Of a stretch of DNA of 64,000 bases, positions 28,774 to 37,854 are shown piece after piece (position 1 is the first letter of the stretch; every line of letters begins with the position of its first letter). A model generated the notes under the pieces. That model made no database searches, was not told where the DNA came from, and saw only the letters and a list, made by a program, of their open reading frames with translations. Source of the stretch: Candidatus Acidiferrum sp. (lineage in GTDB: Bacteria; Acidobacteriota; Terriglobia; Acidiferrales; UBA7541). The DNA is taken from the NCBI GenBank assembly GCA_036518275.1, contig DATDNK010000342.1:2693-66692 (forward strand), in the 5' to 3' direction. A program made the position numbers and the translations under genes.

Positions 28774-30102
28774 GTGGCGAATTCCTGCTTTAGACGCGGT
28801 GCAGCCATCGCCGATCGATTCACCTTTTCTGCCGCACGAAAGGATGTCGTTTTGAGCAAGGGTGGACAACTTCCAGTCGCAGTAGCGGTGCTTACCGGCG
28901 GTTCCGACAGGCCGTATGTATTCGGTCTCGTAAAAGAGCTCATCTCCAGGGGAGTTGTTGTCGATCTAATTGGAAGCGATGAACTGGACTTTCCCGAATT
29001 CCGCGACGCCTCCCAAGTCAGGCTCTTTAAGCTGCGCGGCGAACAACACTCCAATGCGGGAGTCGCAAGCAAGGTCTTCAGGATTTGCGCATACTACGCA
29101 AGGCTAGTCCGCTATGCAGCGATGGCTAAGCCAAGAGTGTTTCACGTCCTTTGGAACAACAAGTTCGAACTTTTCGATCGGACCATCCTCATGTTGTACT
29201 ACAGGATGTTGAATAAAAGGGTCGTGCTAACCGCTCATAATGTGAACCTCGGTAGGCGAAATTCGAAAGATACCTTTTTCAATCGATTTACGTTGCGAAT
29301 CCAATATCGGCTTGCCGACTGTATTTTTGTGCACACCCAAGAGATGCAGCTTGAACTCATACAGGAATTCGGCGCGCAAGCCGACAAGGTCCGTGTCATT
29401 CCGTTCGGCATCAACAACCAGGTTCCGAGCACAAGTCTTTCCCCAAACGAAGCAAAGGGGCGGCTAGGACTCCCAAGCGCTGATAAGACGATTCTATTTT
29501 TTGGGAAAATCAGGCCTTACAAAGGGCTTGAATACCTTGTGGAAGCCTTTCTACGTTTGGCAAAAGAGAGCGAACAATACCGGATGGTTATAGCGGGAAA
29601 GCCCGGAAAGGGTTGCGAGAAATACTGGGAGGAAATTCAAGAACAGATCCGTGGATATGTCCAGGATGGGCGAATTCTAGTCAGGACAGACTACGTCCCG
29701 GATGACGAGGTGGAAGTTTATTTCAAGGCAGCGGATGTCATGGTCTTGCCCTACCGGAGCATCTATCAAAGCGGTGTATTGTTCTTGGGCTATAATTTTG
29801 GTTTGCCTGCTCTTGCGGCCGACGTCGGATCACTGAAAGAAGATGTCATAGAGGGCGAGACGGGGTTTGTATTCAAGCCTGAAGATCCGATTGAGCTAGC
29901 TGCAGTGATCGAGCGCTATTTCGCCAGCGATTTGTACAAAGAGTTGGGCATTCGACGCGACGTGGTGCGCTCTCTTGCGGTAAACCGCCATTCTTGGGAA
30001 GTGGTTGGCCAAGCCACCACAAGTGTGTATACGGATTTGATTCGCACATGCGAACGACGAAAAGCTTTGAACCGCCAGGCATCTACAACGCCTCATGAAT
30101 GA
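28774..30102 (+). CDS. GT4-family glycosyltransferase
   Basis: 'LTAHNV', 'LFFGKIRPYKG', 'ADVMVLPY', 'QSGVL', 'ADVGSLKE'. The true start may be the TTG at 28852. Confidence 0.9.
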   Translation: MANSCFRRGAAIADRFTFSAARKDVVLSKGGQLPVAVAVLTGGSDRPYVFGLVKELISRGVVVDLIGSDELDFPEFRDASQVRLFKLRGEQHSNAGVASKVFRICAYYARLVRYAAMAKPRVFHVLWNNKFELFDRTILMLYYRMLNKRVVLTAHNVNLGRRNSKDTFFNRFTLRIQYRLADCIFVHTQEMQLELIQEFGAQADKVRVIPFGINNQVPSTSLSPNEAKGRLGLPSADKTILFFGKIRPYKGLEYLVEAFLRLAKESEQYRMVIAGKPGKGCEKYWEEIQEQIRGYVQDGRILVRTDYVPDDEVEVYFKAADVMVLPYRSIYQSGVLFLGYNFGLPALAADVGSLKEDVIEGETGFVFKPEDPIELAAVIERYFASDLYKELGIRRDVVRSLAVNRHSWEVVGQATTSVYTDLIRTCERRKALNRQASTTPHE

Positions 30103-30207
30103 GGTTTCGCTTGGGCAGCAGGAACAAGGGCTCATTCTACAACTGGTTTCCACGATACCTTACATCTTGCGACTAGCATCAAGCTAAAGGTGGCATAGAG
30201 AGCGCGC

Positions 30208-31203
30208 ATGCTTACGACGCAAAAGGGAGCGATGAAGATGGTCGAATCTCAGAACGATCCGCAGACCGGACTGCCTCTAGCAAACTTGATTATCGGGGGC
30301 GTGAATCGGTCGGCCACAACTTCACTGTTTACTTATTTGTCTGAGCATCCGGAAATATGCGCATCGACGATTAAGGAGACGAACTACTTTCTTCCTGTGA
30401 TGATGGGAAATGCGCTTGAGCCAATCGATGTGTATGCCGAGTATTTCAAGCGTTATAGGAAGCAGCAGTATCGGATGGAGGCATCACCACGGTACATCTT
30501 TGGAGGCGCGAGAATAGCCGAGACAATCCATCGGTGCCTTGGGCCGGTCCGAATCATATTCGTTTTGCGCGACCCAATCACCAGGATGGTGTCTTACTTT
30601 CATCAGAGGAGGCGCAGCGGAGAGTTGCCAGCCGCCATGAGTATTGACGAGTATGCCCAGCGCGGTTTGGAGGAACTTTCTGCCATCCTGCCGTCGAAAA
30701 ATGGAAAGCCAATTGACGTTTATCGCACGAGCATCTTTGCCCGCGGGTTGGCGCAGGGATTTTATGCAGACTATCTTGAAGAGTGGTATCGAGTATTTCC
30801 TGAGAGCATCCACGTCAGTTTCTTTGAACATGTAAGCCGGGATCCCAGGTCTGTTGTGGAGGAAGTGTGCAAGTGGCTCGGTTTGGATGCGTCGGTATAC
30901 AAGAGCATTGAATTCACTCAAGAGAACCGTACAGTCAAACACAAGAACGACACGCTGTTCAGGATGGCCAGCCGTATCAACGATGCATTTGAGCCGTTTT
31001 GGAGAAAGCACATAAATCTCAAGCACTGGATCAGGAACGTCTATCTTCGCGTAAACGAAGAACGTTCTGCAGATACCCCGTTGTCCCAGTCTGTGGGTGT
31101 TGAGCTTGAGCGCGGCTACGCGAGCCGCAACCAGAAATTGCGGGAGATGCTCTGCCAAAGAGGCTATCGGGATCTCCCAGCTTGGCTTACTCAAATTGCC
31201 TGA
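30208..31203 (+). CDS. PAPS-dependent sulfotransferase (Sulfotransfer_1/3-like)
   Basis: 5'-PSB loop 'IIGGVNRSATTSLFTYL', 'HPEIC...KETNYF', 'EASPRY', 3'-PB motif 'FVLRDPITRMVSYF', 'GFYADYL'. Start may be 30232 or 30238. Confidence 0.88.
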   Translation: MLTTQKGAMKMVESQNDPQTGLPLANLIIGGVNRSATTSLFTYLSEHPEICASTIKETNYFLPVMMGNALEPIDVYAEYFKRYRKQQYRMEASPRYIFGGARIAETIHRCLGPVRIIFVLRDPITRMVSYFHQRRRSGELPAAMSIDEYAQRGLEELSAILPSKNGKPIDVYRTSIFARGLAQGFYADYLEEWYRVFPESIHVSFFEHVSRDPRSVVEEVCKWLGLDASVYKSIEFTQENRTVKHKNDTLFRMASRINDAFEPFWRKHINLKHWIRNVYLRVNEERSADTPLSQSVGVELERGYASRNQKLREMLCQRGYRDLPAWLTQIA

Positions 31204-31315
31204 AAACCAAACATCGGAGATCATCCATTGCCATGGAACCGGGCTCGTAAGCCTTTGTTTCCAATTAGATTTTGCAGTAGCGCGTGCGCGCTGTGGCCGA
31301 TTTCCCAGCGATTGA

Positions 31316-31918
31316 TTGGAAGGTGCCGTCTTGCAAAGCTTGGCAAAACAGTTAGATAGGATCACAGCGATTTGGGGAGAACACATCGATGTAGCTAAGG
31401 CGCTTCCCAGACTGGCGGCGGAGGTATCGAATGCTGTTGATTTGATGTACTTTTCACTGGCGGCGGGCGGTCAATTGTTTTTCGCGGGAAACGGGGGTTC
31501 TGCGGCCGATGCGCAGCACTTGGCAGCCGAGCTTACCGGGCGATTCTTTCGCGAACGGCGCCCACTCCGGGCCCTGGCTTTACACGCCAACACATCAGCG
31601 CTTACGGCGATCGGGAATGATTACGGTTTTGAACATATTTTTGCCCGCGAGCTCAAAGCTCATGCCCGACCAGGCGATGCACTCGTAGCCATCTCCACCA
31701 GCGGCAATAGCTCGAACATTCTGCGGGCAATTCAGGCTGCTCGGGAGACAAAGGTGTCGGTTATCGGACTCACAGGCGAATCTGGGGGACAAATGCGAAC
31801 GGCATGCGACCTGTGCCTGTGTGTTCCCTCCAAATCGACGCCGCGAATTCAGGAAATGCACATCGTGATTGGTCACACTATTTGTGAACTCCTGGAGGAG
31901 AGATTAACAGGAGTGTAA
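31316..31918 (+). CDS. gmhA: D-sedoheptulose-7-phosphate isomerase
   Basis: 'GNGGSAADAQHLAAEL', 'TAIGNDYG', 'ISTSGNS', 'RIQEMHI..GHTIC'. Confidence 0.95.
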   Translation: MEGAVLQSLAKQLDRITAIWGEHIDVAKALPRLAAEVSNAVDLMYFSLAAGGQLFFAGNGGSAADAQHLAAELTGRFFRERRPLRALALHANTSALTAIGNDYGFEHIFARELKAHARPGDALVAISTSGNSSNILRAIQAARETKVSVIGLTGESGGQMRTACDLCLCVPSKSTPRIQEMHIVIGHTICELLEERLTGV

Positions 31919-32221
31919 CAGCGGGTGGGACCATGGCTCGATTGGTCGTCGACGGATGCCTCCCGAAGGTGTAGAGCTTGCCTGGCGCAGCCAAGGGCAT
32001 TTCCGCTCGCCCATCAGGCAACAGAGGAACGAGTGGTTGACGGAGGTAGTCCTCCGAGACCGCCATCCCACGAAATCCGACATTACTTTCTGCAGCAGAA
32101 AAAGGAGAAAACAAATGATTTCACCGCTCATTCCAAGCCTTTTTGAGCACCAGTTGATCACGTTGATAACGCAATTGCGAACAACGCGTATGGAAGGCCA
32201 TTCTCACGCAAGGATTTCCAA

Positions 32222-33961
32222 ATGAATAGTGTCCAACATTTGAATCAACCGCACGGCGGCACCCTTGTTGATTTGATTGTCGAATCCGGACGGAGAGAAG
32301 AGCTCCGCATCGCCTCGAAAGATTGGCTCTCCTGGGATCTTACCGCCAGGCAGACGTGCGATTTGGAACTGCTGATGTGCGGAGCCTTCTCGCCGCTGCA
32401 GGGATTCATGGGCCAAGCTGACTATGAATCGGTCTGCTCGTCCATGCGCCTTAAGAATGGTTTAGTTTGGCCCATGCCCATTGTTCTCGACATCTCAGAG
32501 GGCCTTGCCAAACAGCTCAAGCCCGGGACTGTTCTGGCACTTCGCGATGCAGAAGGCGTGATGCTCGCGGCGCTTCATGTGGAAGAAATCTGGCAGCCGG
32601 ATCGAGAATGGGAAGCAAAGCAAGTTTTCGGGACCGCGGACCGTAAGCATCCAGGGGTTAGCTACACGATTGAAAAAACGAGTCCGTTTTATGTCTCGGG
32701 TAAGCTGGAAGGTATCCAGCTTCCTTCCCATTATGACTATAAGAGCCTACGACTGACTCCCGCCGAAACGCGCTCGGAATTCGCGAGGCTGGGTTGGCGC
32801 CGCGTGGTTGCCTTCCAGACTCGTAACCCCATGCACCGCGCCCACGTTGAGTTGACTTTCCGTGCCGCGAAAGAAGCCTCTGCAAATCTCCTGATCCAAC
32901 CGTCGGTGGGCATGACGAAACCGGGCGACGTCGATCACTACACGCGCGTGCGCTGCTACCAGTCGATTGTCTCCCATTATCCTCCAAATACAGTCAAGCT
33001 TGCGTTACTCCCGCTGGCGATGCGCATGGGCGGGCCACGCGAGGCGGTTTGGCATGCAATCATTCGCAAGAATTATGGTTGCACGCATTTTATAGTGGGG
33101 AGAGACCATGCCGGCCCGGGAAAGGATTCCAAAGGGAAACCGTTCTATGACGCCTACGGCGCGCAGAATCTTCTACGAAAGTATGAACAAGAGATCGGCG
33201 TCACCATGGTTCCTTTCAAGGAAATGAAATATCTGCAAGATCAGGACGTATATGTTCCCGAGGATGAAGTTCCCCAGGAAAGCCGAGTATTAAGCATTTC
33301 GGGCACAGAATTCCGGGATCGTCTAGCCGGGGGCCGAGATATACCGAGTTGGTTCAGCTATCCGCAAGTCGTCGCGGAACTTCGCCGCACATACCCCGCG
33401 CGCCACAAGCAAGGACTCACGGTTTTTTTCACGGGATTGTCTGGTTCAGGAAAATCAACGATTGCGAACGTGTTGCTTGTCAAGTTCTTGGAAATGGGCG
33501 GGCGGCCGGTCACACTGTTAGACGGCGATATCGTGCGCAAAAATCTCTCATCCGAGCTTACCTTCTCCAAGGAGCATCGCGATTTGAATATTCGGCGCAT
33601 CGGATTCGTGGCCCGAGAAATTACGAAGAATGGCGGGATCGCTATCTGTGCCCCTATCGCCCCGTACGACAATATCCGGAAGGAAGTGCGTCAATCGATC
33701 GACGGCAACGGCGGCTTCATTCTGGTTCACACAGCGACGTCGCTAGAGATCTGCGAACAGCGTGATCGTAAAGGCCTTTACGCAAAGGCCCGGGCCGGCC
33801 TTATCCCAAATTTCACAGGTGTTTCCGATCCCTACGAGACACCGACGGATGCCGATATTGTAATTGATACGACAAACGTCACCCCCGAGGAAGCTGCACA
33901 AGAGATCTTGCTGTATTTGGAAAAGCAGGGATACGTGGGAGAAGCGGCGGGCACAGTCTAA
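32222..33961 (+). CDS. sat: Bifunctional sulfate adenylyltransferase / APS kinase (Sat-CysC, PAPS synthase)
   Basis: 'PHGGTL', 'FQTRNPMHRAH', 'MRMGGPREA', 'HFIVGRDHAG', then kinase P-loop 'FTGLSGSGKST', 'LDGDIVR', 'RDRKGLYAKAR'. Confidence 0.96.
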   Translation: MNSVQHLNQPHGGTLVDLIVESGRREELRIASKDWLSWDLTARQTCDLELLMCGAFSPLQGFMGQADYESVCSSMRLKNGLVWPMPIVLDISEGLAKQLKPGTVLALRDAEGVMLAALHVEEIWQPDREWEAKQVFGTADRKHPGVSYTIEKTSPFYVSGKLEGIQLPSHYDYKSLRLTPAETRSEFARLGWRRVVAFQTRNPMHRAHVELTFRAAKEASANLLIQPSVGMTKPGDVDHYTRVRCYQSIVSHYPPNTVKLALLPLAMRMGGPREAVWHAIIRKNYGCTHFIVGRDHAGPGKDSKGKPFYDAYGAQNLLRKYEQEIGVTMVPFKEMKYLQDQDVYVPEDEVPQESRVLSISGTEFRDRLAGGRDIPSWFSYPQVVAELRRTYPARHKQGLTVFFTGLSGSGKSTIANVLLVKFLEMGGRPVTLLDGDIVRKNLSSELTFSKEHRDLNIRRIGFVAREITKNGGIAICAPIAPYDNIRKEVRQSIDGNGGFILVHTATSLEICEQRDRKGLYAKARAGLIPNFTGVSDPYETPTDADIVIDTTNVTPEEAAQEILLYLEKQGYVGEAAGTV

Positions 33962-34246
33962 AGCCCATGACCGCTGGCCGGTAGCGCTCTCGTGCGTGCA
34001 GTGGTTCTCGCCACAATTGGAGCGGGCCATCCCGGCTTGGAACCATCGACAGGTTCAATTCCGGAGCTTTGTTCGCCTTTCAGTTCGTCACCTTCATGCG
34101 AACAACGTGGCTGGCGACAGCTCAATTCTCCCTTTTGGTTGTGATCCGCATTTCGATGCTTTGACTTTCTCGTCGTGCAACACGTCCTCACAGGATCGTT
34201 GGAATGAATTGCTTGCGGTTCGAAGCCTGAGCGTTCGACTCGGAGA

Positions 34247-35104
34247 ATGATGGATACACGTCAAAAAGATCTTGCCCGAATCTTAGAAGCACTGGAGGCT
34301 GCGAAAAAGGTTTACCGCTCACGTTCGGCGGACTGCGTTCAAGTGGAATGGAAGAGCGGCGGAGATCCGGTCACTGACGCGGAACGCACTGTCAATCAAT
34401 TGCTGTTTGAAATGCTGGTGCGTGACGGCGAGGGGTGGCTCTCCGAGGAAAGCGCCGACAGTGACGACCGTCTGCATCGGTCACGTATCTGGCTCGTTGA
34501 TCCGCTGGACGGCACCAAGGAATATATCTCGGGAATTCCGGAGTGGTGCATCAGCATCGCCCTGCTGGAAGACGGTGAATTTGCGGCAGGGGGAATTTGC
34601 AATCCGATGACCGAAGAGATGTTTTACGGCTCTCAAGGAGCCGGAGTTGTTTATGAATGTGAGTCCAAGCACCAGGCTCAGCATCCTGACTTTCAATCAG
34701 GGGAACCTTTGACCCTCGCGAGTCGCAGTGAAGTGAAACGAGGGGAGTGGGAGAGGTTTCGAGGAGTTCCGTTCAAGACGAAGCCAGTAGGTTCGGTTGC
34801 TTACAAACTCGCTCTAGTAGCCGCCGGAAAAGCCGACGCCACCTGGACTCTTGTGCCCAAGCATGAATGGGACGTCGCCGGCGGCGTTGCACTTATGCTG
34901 TCTGCCGGCGGTCACGTACTGACGTCCGAGGGGGTGCCGCCCGCATTTAACAAGCGTGATCTATTGTTCCCCGGTGTCGTCGCCCTTTCTCAGACGGGAA
35001 TAGAGCGTTTAGAGCCGTTCTTCGCTCGCGCCATGAATGATCCTGTCTTTCAGGATTGCCGACCCTGGGTGAGCGCATTGAAAGCAAGGGATCTAAAAGC
35101 TTAG
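34247..35104 (+). CDS. cysQ: 3'(2'),5'-bisphosphate nucleotidase (CysQ / inositol monophosphatase family)
   Basis: 'DPVTDAE', 'LSEE', 'WLVDPLDGTKEY', 'ASRSE', 'GSVAYK', 'EWDVAGG'. Immediately downstream of sat-cysC. Confidence 0.85.
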   Translation: MMDTRQKDLARILEALEAAKKVYRSRSADCVQVEWKSGGDPVTDAERTVNQLLFEMLVRDGEGWLSEESADSDDRLHRSRIWLVDPLDGTKEYISGIPEWCISIALLEDGEFAAGGICNPMTEEMFYGSQGAGVVYECESKHQAQHPDFQSGEPLTLASRSEVKRGEWERFRGVPFKTKPVGSVAYKLALVAAGKADATWTLVPKHEWDVAGGVALMLSAGGHVLTSEGVPPAFNKRDLLFPGVVALSQTGIERLEPFFARAMNDPVFQDCRPWVSALKARDLKA

Positions 35105-35119
35105 CCACGGCCAAGAGGG

Positions 35120-36259
35120 TTGCCTCTCAAGCAACTGGTCAGGTGCAGACGTGCGATCCAGAGTATCCGAGGTTATCTTTCAGATAGATTCTTCACCGAG
35201 ACGCCGCCAAAGGTGATACACCAAATTAATCCGTTACAGGATCCGCGTTGGGGAGAATTCGCAGGCCGGCACCCCGATGCTTCCGTGTTTCATACCGTGG
35301 CTTGGCTGCAGGCCCTGAAACGCACCTACGAGTACGAGCCGGTGGTATTTACGACATCGTCTCCGAGTGGTGCACTCAAAAATGGGCTCGTGTTTTGTCG
35401 CGTGGACAGTTGGATCACAGGTTCCCGCCTCGTGTCCCTACCCTTTTCAGATCACTGTGAGCCTCTTTGCGACTCACGCGAGGACCTGAACTTCCTGGTT
35501 CGGTATCTGCAAACTCGCCTGGAACACGAGCGCTGGAGATATATGGAGATTCGATCTACTAGCGCAAACCTTGAGAAAATAACCGACGTGAAGAATTCGC
35601 GACCCCGTCCCAGTTACTTTCTTCATGTTCTCGATCTCCGTCCAGAACTGAACGAGGTGTTTTCAAGTTTGGACAAGGATTGCGTTCAGCGGCGCATTCG
35701 TCGTGCGGAGCGAGCTGGTTTAACCGAGAAATTGGGTAGGTCTGAGGAGCTCCTTAGAGAATTCTACGGTCTTTTCGTGGCTACGCGCGGCAGACAAGGG
35801 GTGCCGCCGACGCCCTACACTTGGTTCAAAAACCTGGTTCACTGCTTGGGCGGCGCGGCAGAGATTCGAGTCGCGCAGTATGGCGGCGTGCCTATCGCCG
35901 CCATTCTGACCCTGCGATTCCGGAATGTTCTTTATTACAAATACAGCTGCTCGGACGTGCGCTTCAAGAACCTTGGTGCTACGCCGTGGCTGCTGTGGAA
36001 TGCCATTGTTGCGGCGAAGGCAACTGGCGCAACAGCACTTGACATGGGCCGAACGCAGGAAGATCACAGGGGACTCCTTGAGTTCAAAGACCACTGGGTC
36101 AGCCAATCAAGACGACTGGTGTATTCCTACTTTCCCAATGCTTCCGGTCCCGAGTCAGTCGAAGGGTGGCGCCTCAAAATTGCAAAGCGAGCTCTTTCTC
36201 ACATGCCGAATAAACTGCTTGCACTAACAGGGAAGATGCTCTACCGCCATGTTGGGTAG
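35120..36259 (+). CDS. GNAT/FemAB-like (CelD/BcsL-type) protein
   Basis: 'SVFHTVAWL', 'LVSLPFSDHC', 'RRIRRAER', 'LDMGRT', 'GLLEFKDHW'. The true start is probably downstream of 35120. Confidence 0.85.
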   Translation: MPLKQLVRCRRAIQSIRGYLSDRFFTETPPKVIHQINPLQDPRWGEFAGRHPDASVFHTVAWLQALKRTYEYEPVVFTTSSPSGALKNGLVFCRVDSWITGSRLVSLPFSDHCEPLCDSREDLNFLVRYLQTRLEHERWRYMEIRSTSANLEKITDVKNSRPRPSYFLHVLDLRPELNEVFSSLDKDCVQRRIRRAERAGLTEKLGRSEELLREFYGLFVATRGRQGVPPTPYTWFKNLVHCLGGAAEIRVAQYGGVPIAAILTLRFRNVLYYKYSCSDVRFKNLGATPWLLWNAIVAAKATGATALDMGRTQEDHRGLLEFKDHWVSQSRRLVYSYFPNASGPESVEGWRLKIAKRALSHMPNKLLALTGKMLYRHVG

Positions 36260-36500
36260 ACTGCCTTACATCGATCTGAATCTCAGCTTCAAACCCGCCA
36301 AGATGAAAAGTGAATCAAGCAGTCAGCCATTGTGGGTCACCAAATTGTGAACTTGACCAATACGCGGTTTTGCGGTGTCTAAACATTGTCCTCTTCAATA
36401 TTTTGCCCCAATATCTGAACGTAAGCCTGGGGAGCAACGGGCAGCGGCGTTTCGCAGCTGCTCACCCAGTGAATGAATAGCCGGCTCAGCGAGTGAGGAA

Positions 36501-37688
36501 ATGAGTTCGACCGAAACATCCACTTCTTTGAGACAGCCTTTCCATGGCGCGATGTCTGCACGAAAGCCTCGTATCTGCATGCCGTCGGGCAGACTCTTCA
36601 AGAAGAAGATCTTCCTTTGTGGACATTACGAAGCGCAGGACGTCCTCAAAGAAGTGGACGATGTGGATCTAATCTGTCTCGAACCGGGCCCCAGATATGA
36701 ATTCAAGGAGAAGTGGCAGAGACGGCTGCTGTTCCGTGATTATTCTCGGAAACTGATCTTTCAGAATCCAGGCCTAAGAAAGGTCCGACTCAAGCAGGAA
36801 TACGATCTGTTTCTTGCCTTTTGTCAGTACACCCACGATTTTGTTCATATCAATGCCATTGAGGGCTGGGAGGACAAGTGCAAAGTCAAGGTGTGCTGGA
36901 TCGACGAATTATGGGCGGCAGACATACCTCACTTCGAACATTGGATTCATGCGCTGAAAAAGTTCGATCACGTATTTGTGAGTTGCCAGGGCACGGTCGA
37001 AGCCCTGTCGAAGGCCATTGACAAACCCTGCCACTGGCTTCCGGCCGGTGTGGATACGCTGCGGTTCAGTCCATTTCCGAATGCCCACTCCCGCGTGGTT
37101 GATGTCTACAGTATTGGGCGGAGGTACGAGGGAATTCACAGAGAGCTATCCAAGGCAGCCAAGAACGGATCGATCTTCTATTTTCACGACACGTTCGGAG
37201 GGTCCCTTTCGGATGTATACGATTACAGGGAACATCGCGATCTTTTCTCCAACGTAGCCAAGCGATCGAAATATTTCATGGTGGCGCCGGGAAAGGTGAA
37301 CCTTTCGGACGAAACTCAAGGACAGGAGGAAATCGGGCATCGCTACTACGAAGGAGCAGCGGCGGGCACGGTTATGCTCGGGCAGGCCCCGAGATGTGAT
37401 TCATTCTCGAAAATGTTTCCTTGGGCCGATGCAGTGATCAAGATCCAACCTGATGGTTCTGACGTGATGGAGGCGATTGCGAAATTAGACGCAGTGCCGG
37501 AGCGGGTTCTTGCAATCGGGCAAAGGAACGCCCGTGAGGCTCTGTTGCGTCAGGATTGGACGTATCGATGGAAAGAACTCCTTCGAGTTGCGGGGCTCAA
37601 TCCTTTGCCAGCAATGGCAGACCGTGAGCTACGTTTGCAAGAATTGGCGGACTGTTTTGTCACCAGCACTGCAACTCCGTGTCCTTAA
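36501..37688 (+). CDS. Glycosyltransferase (Glyco_trans_1_2 / CgeB-like)
   Basis: 'CWIDELW', 'GVDTLRFSP', 'SIGRR', 'IGHRYYEGAAAG', 'DWTYRW'. Confidence 0.75.
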   Translation: MSSTETSTSLRQPFHGAMSARKPRICMPSGRLFKKKIFLCGHYEAQDVLKEVDDVDLICLEPGPRYEFKEKWQRRLLFRDYSRKLIFQNPGLRKVRLKQEYDLFLAFCQYTHDFVHINAIEGWEDKCKVKVCWIDELWAADIPHFEHWIHALKKFDHVFVSCQGTVEALSKAIDKPCHWLPAGVDTLRFSPFPNAHSRVVDVYSIGRRYEGIHRELSKAAKNGSIFYFHDTFGGSLSDVYDYREHRDLFSNVAKRSKYFMVAPGKVNLSDETQGQEEIGHRYYEGAAAGTVMLGQAPRCDSFSKMFPWADAVIKIQPDGSDVMEAIAKLDAVPERVLAIGQRNAREALLRQDWTYRWKELLRVAGLNPLPAMADRELRLQELADCFVTSTATPCP

Positions 37689-37854
37689 GAACAGGATTGA
37701 ACATTATTTGCACTGAGCTGTCGCTTTCTGCCGTTGACGAATTCGTAGCAATCCGGACGAAAGGATTTCTCTGCGTGCGACGCAGTTTCAGAATCCTTTG
37801 GCGTTGATGGTTTTCGTTTCCAGCATGCTATATCACTTCGAGGATTAAACAGTT

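Noticed and set aside
30191-30205. TGGCATAGAGAGCGC upstream of the sulfotransferase
   Set aside because: GG-N10-GC spacing is right, but the -12 lacks TT and no upstream 25-bp box or UAS was found. Too weak to call.
30484-31386. 300-aa minus-strand ORF
   Set aside because: Shadow of the sulfotransferase, with no recognisable features.
31925-32100. Possible SAM riboswitch upstream of sat-cysC
   Set aside because: Only a short hairpin and an 'ATCAGGCAAC' fragment are present. The conserved SAM-I core could not be assembled by eye.
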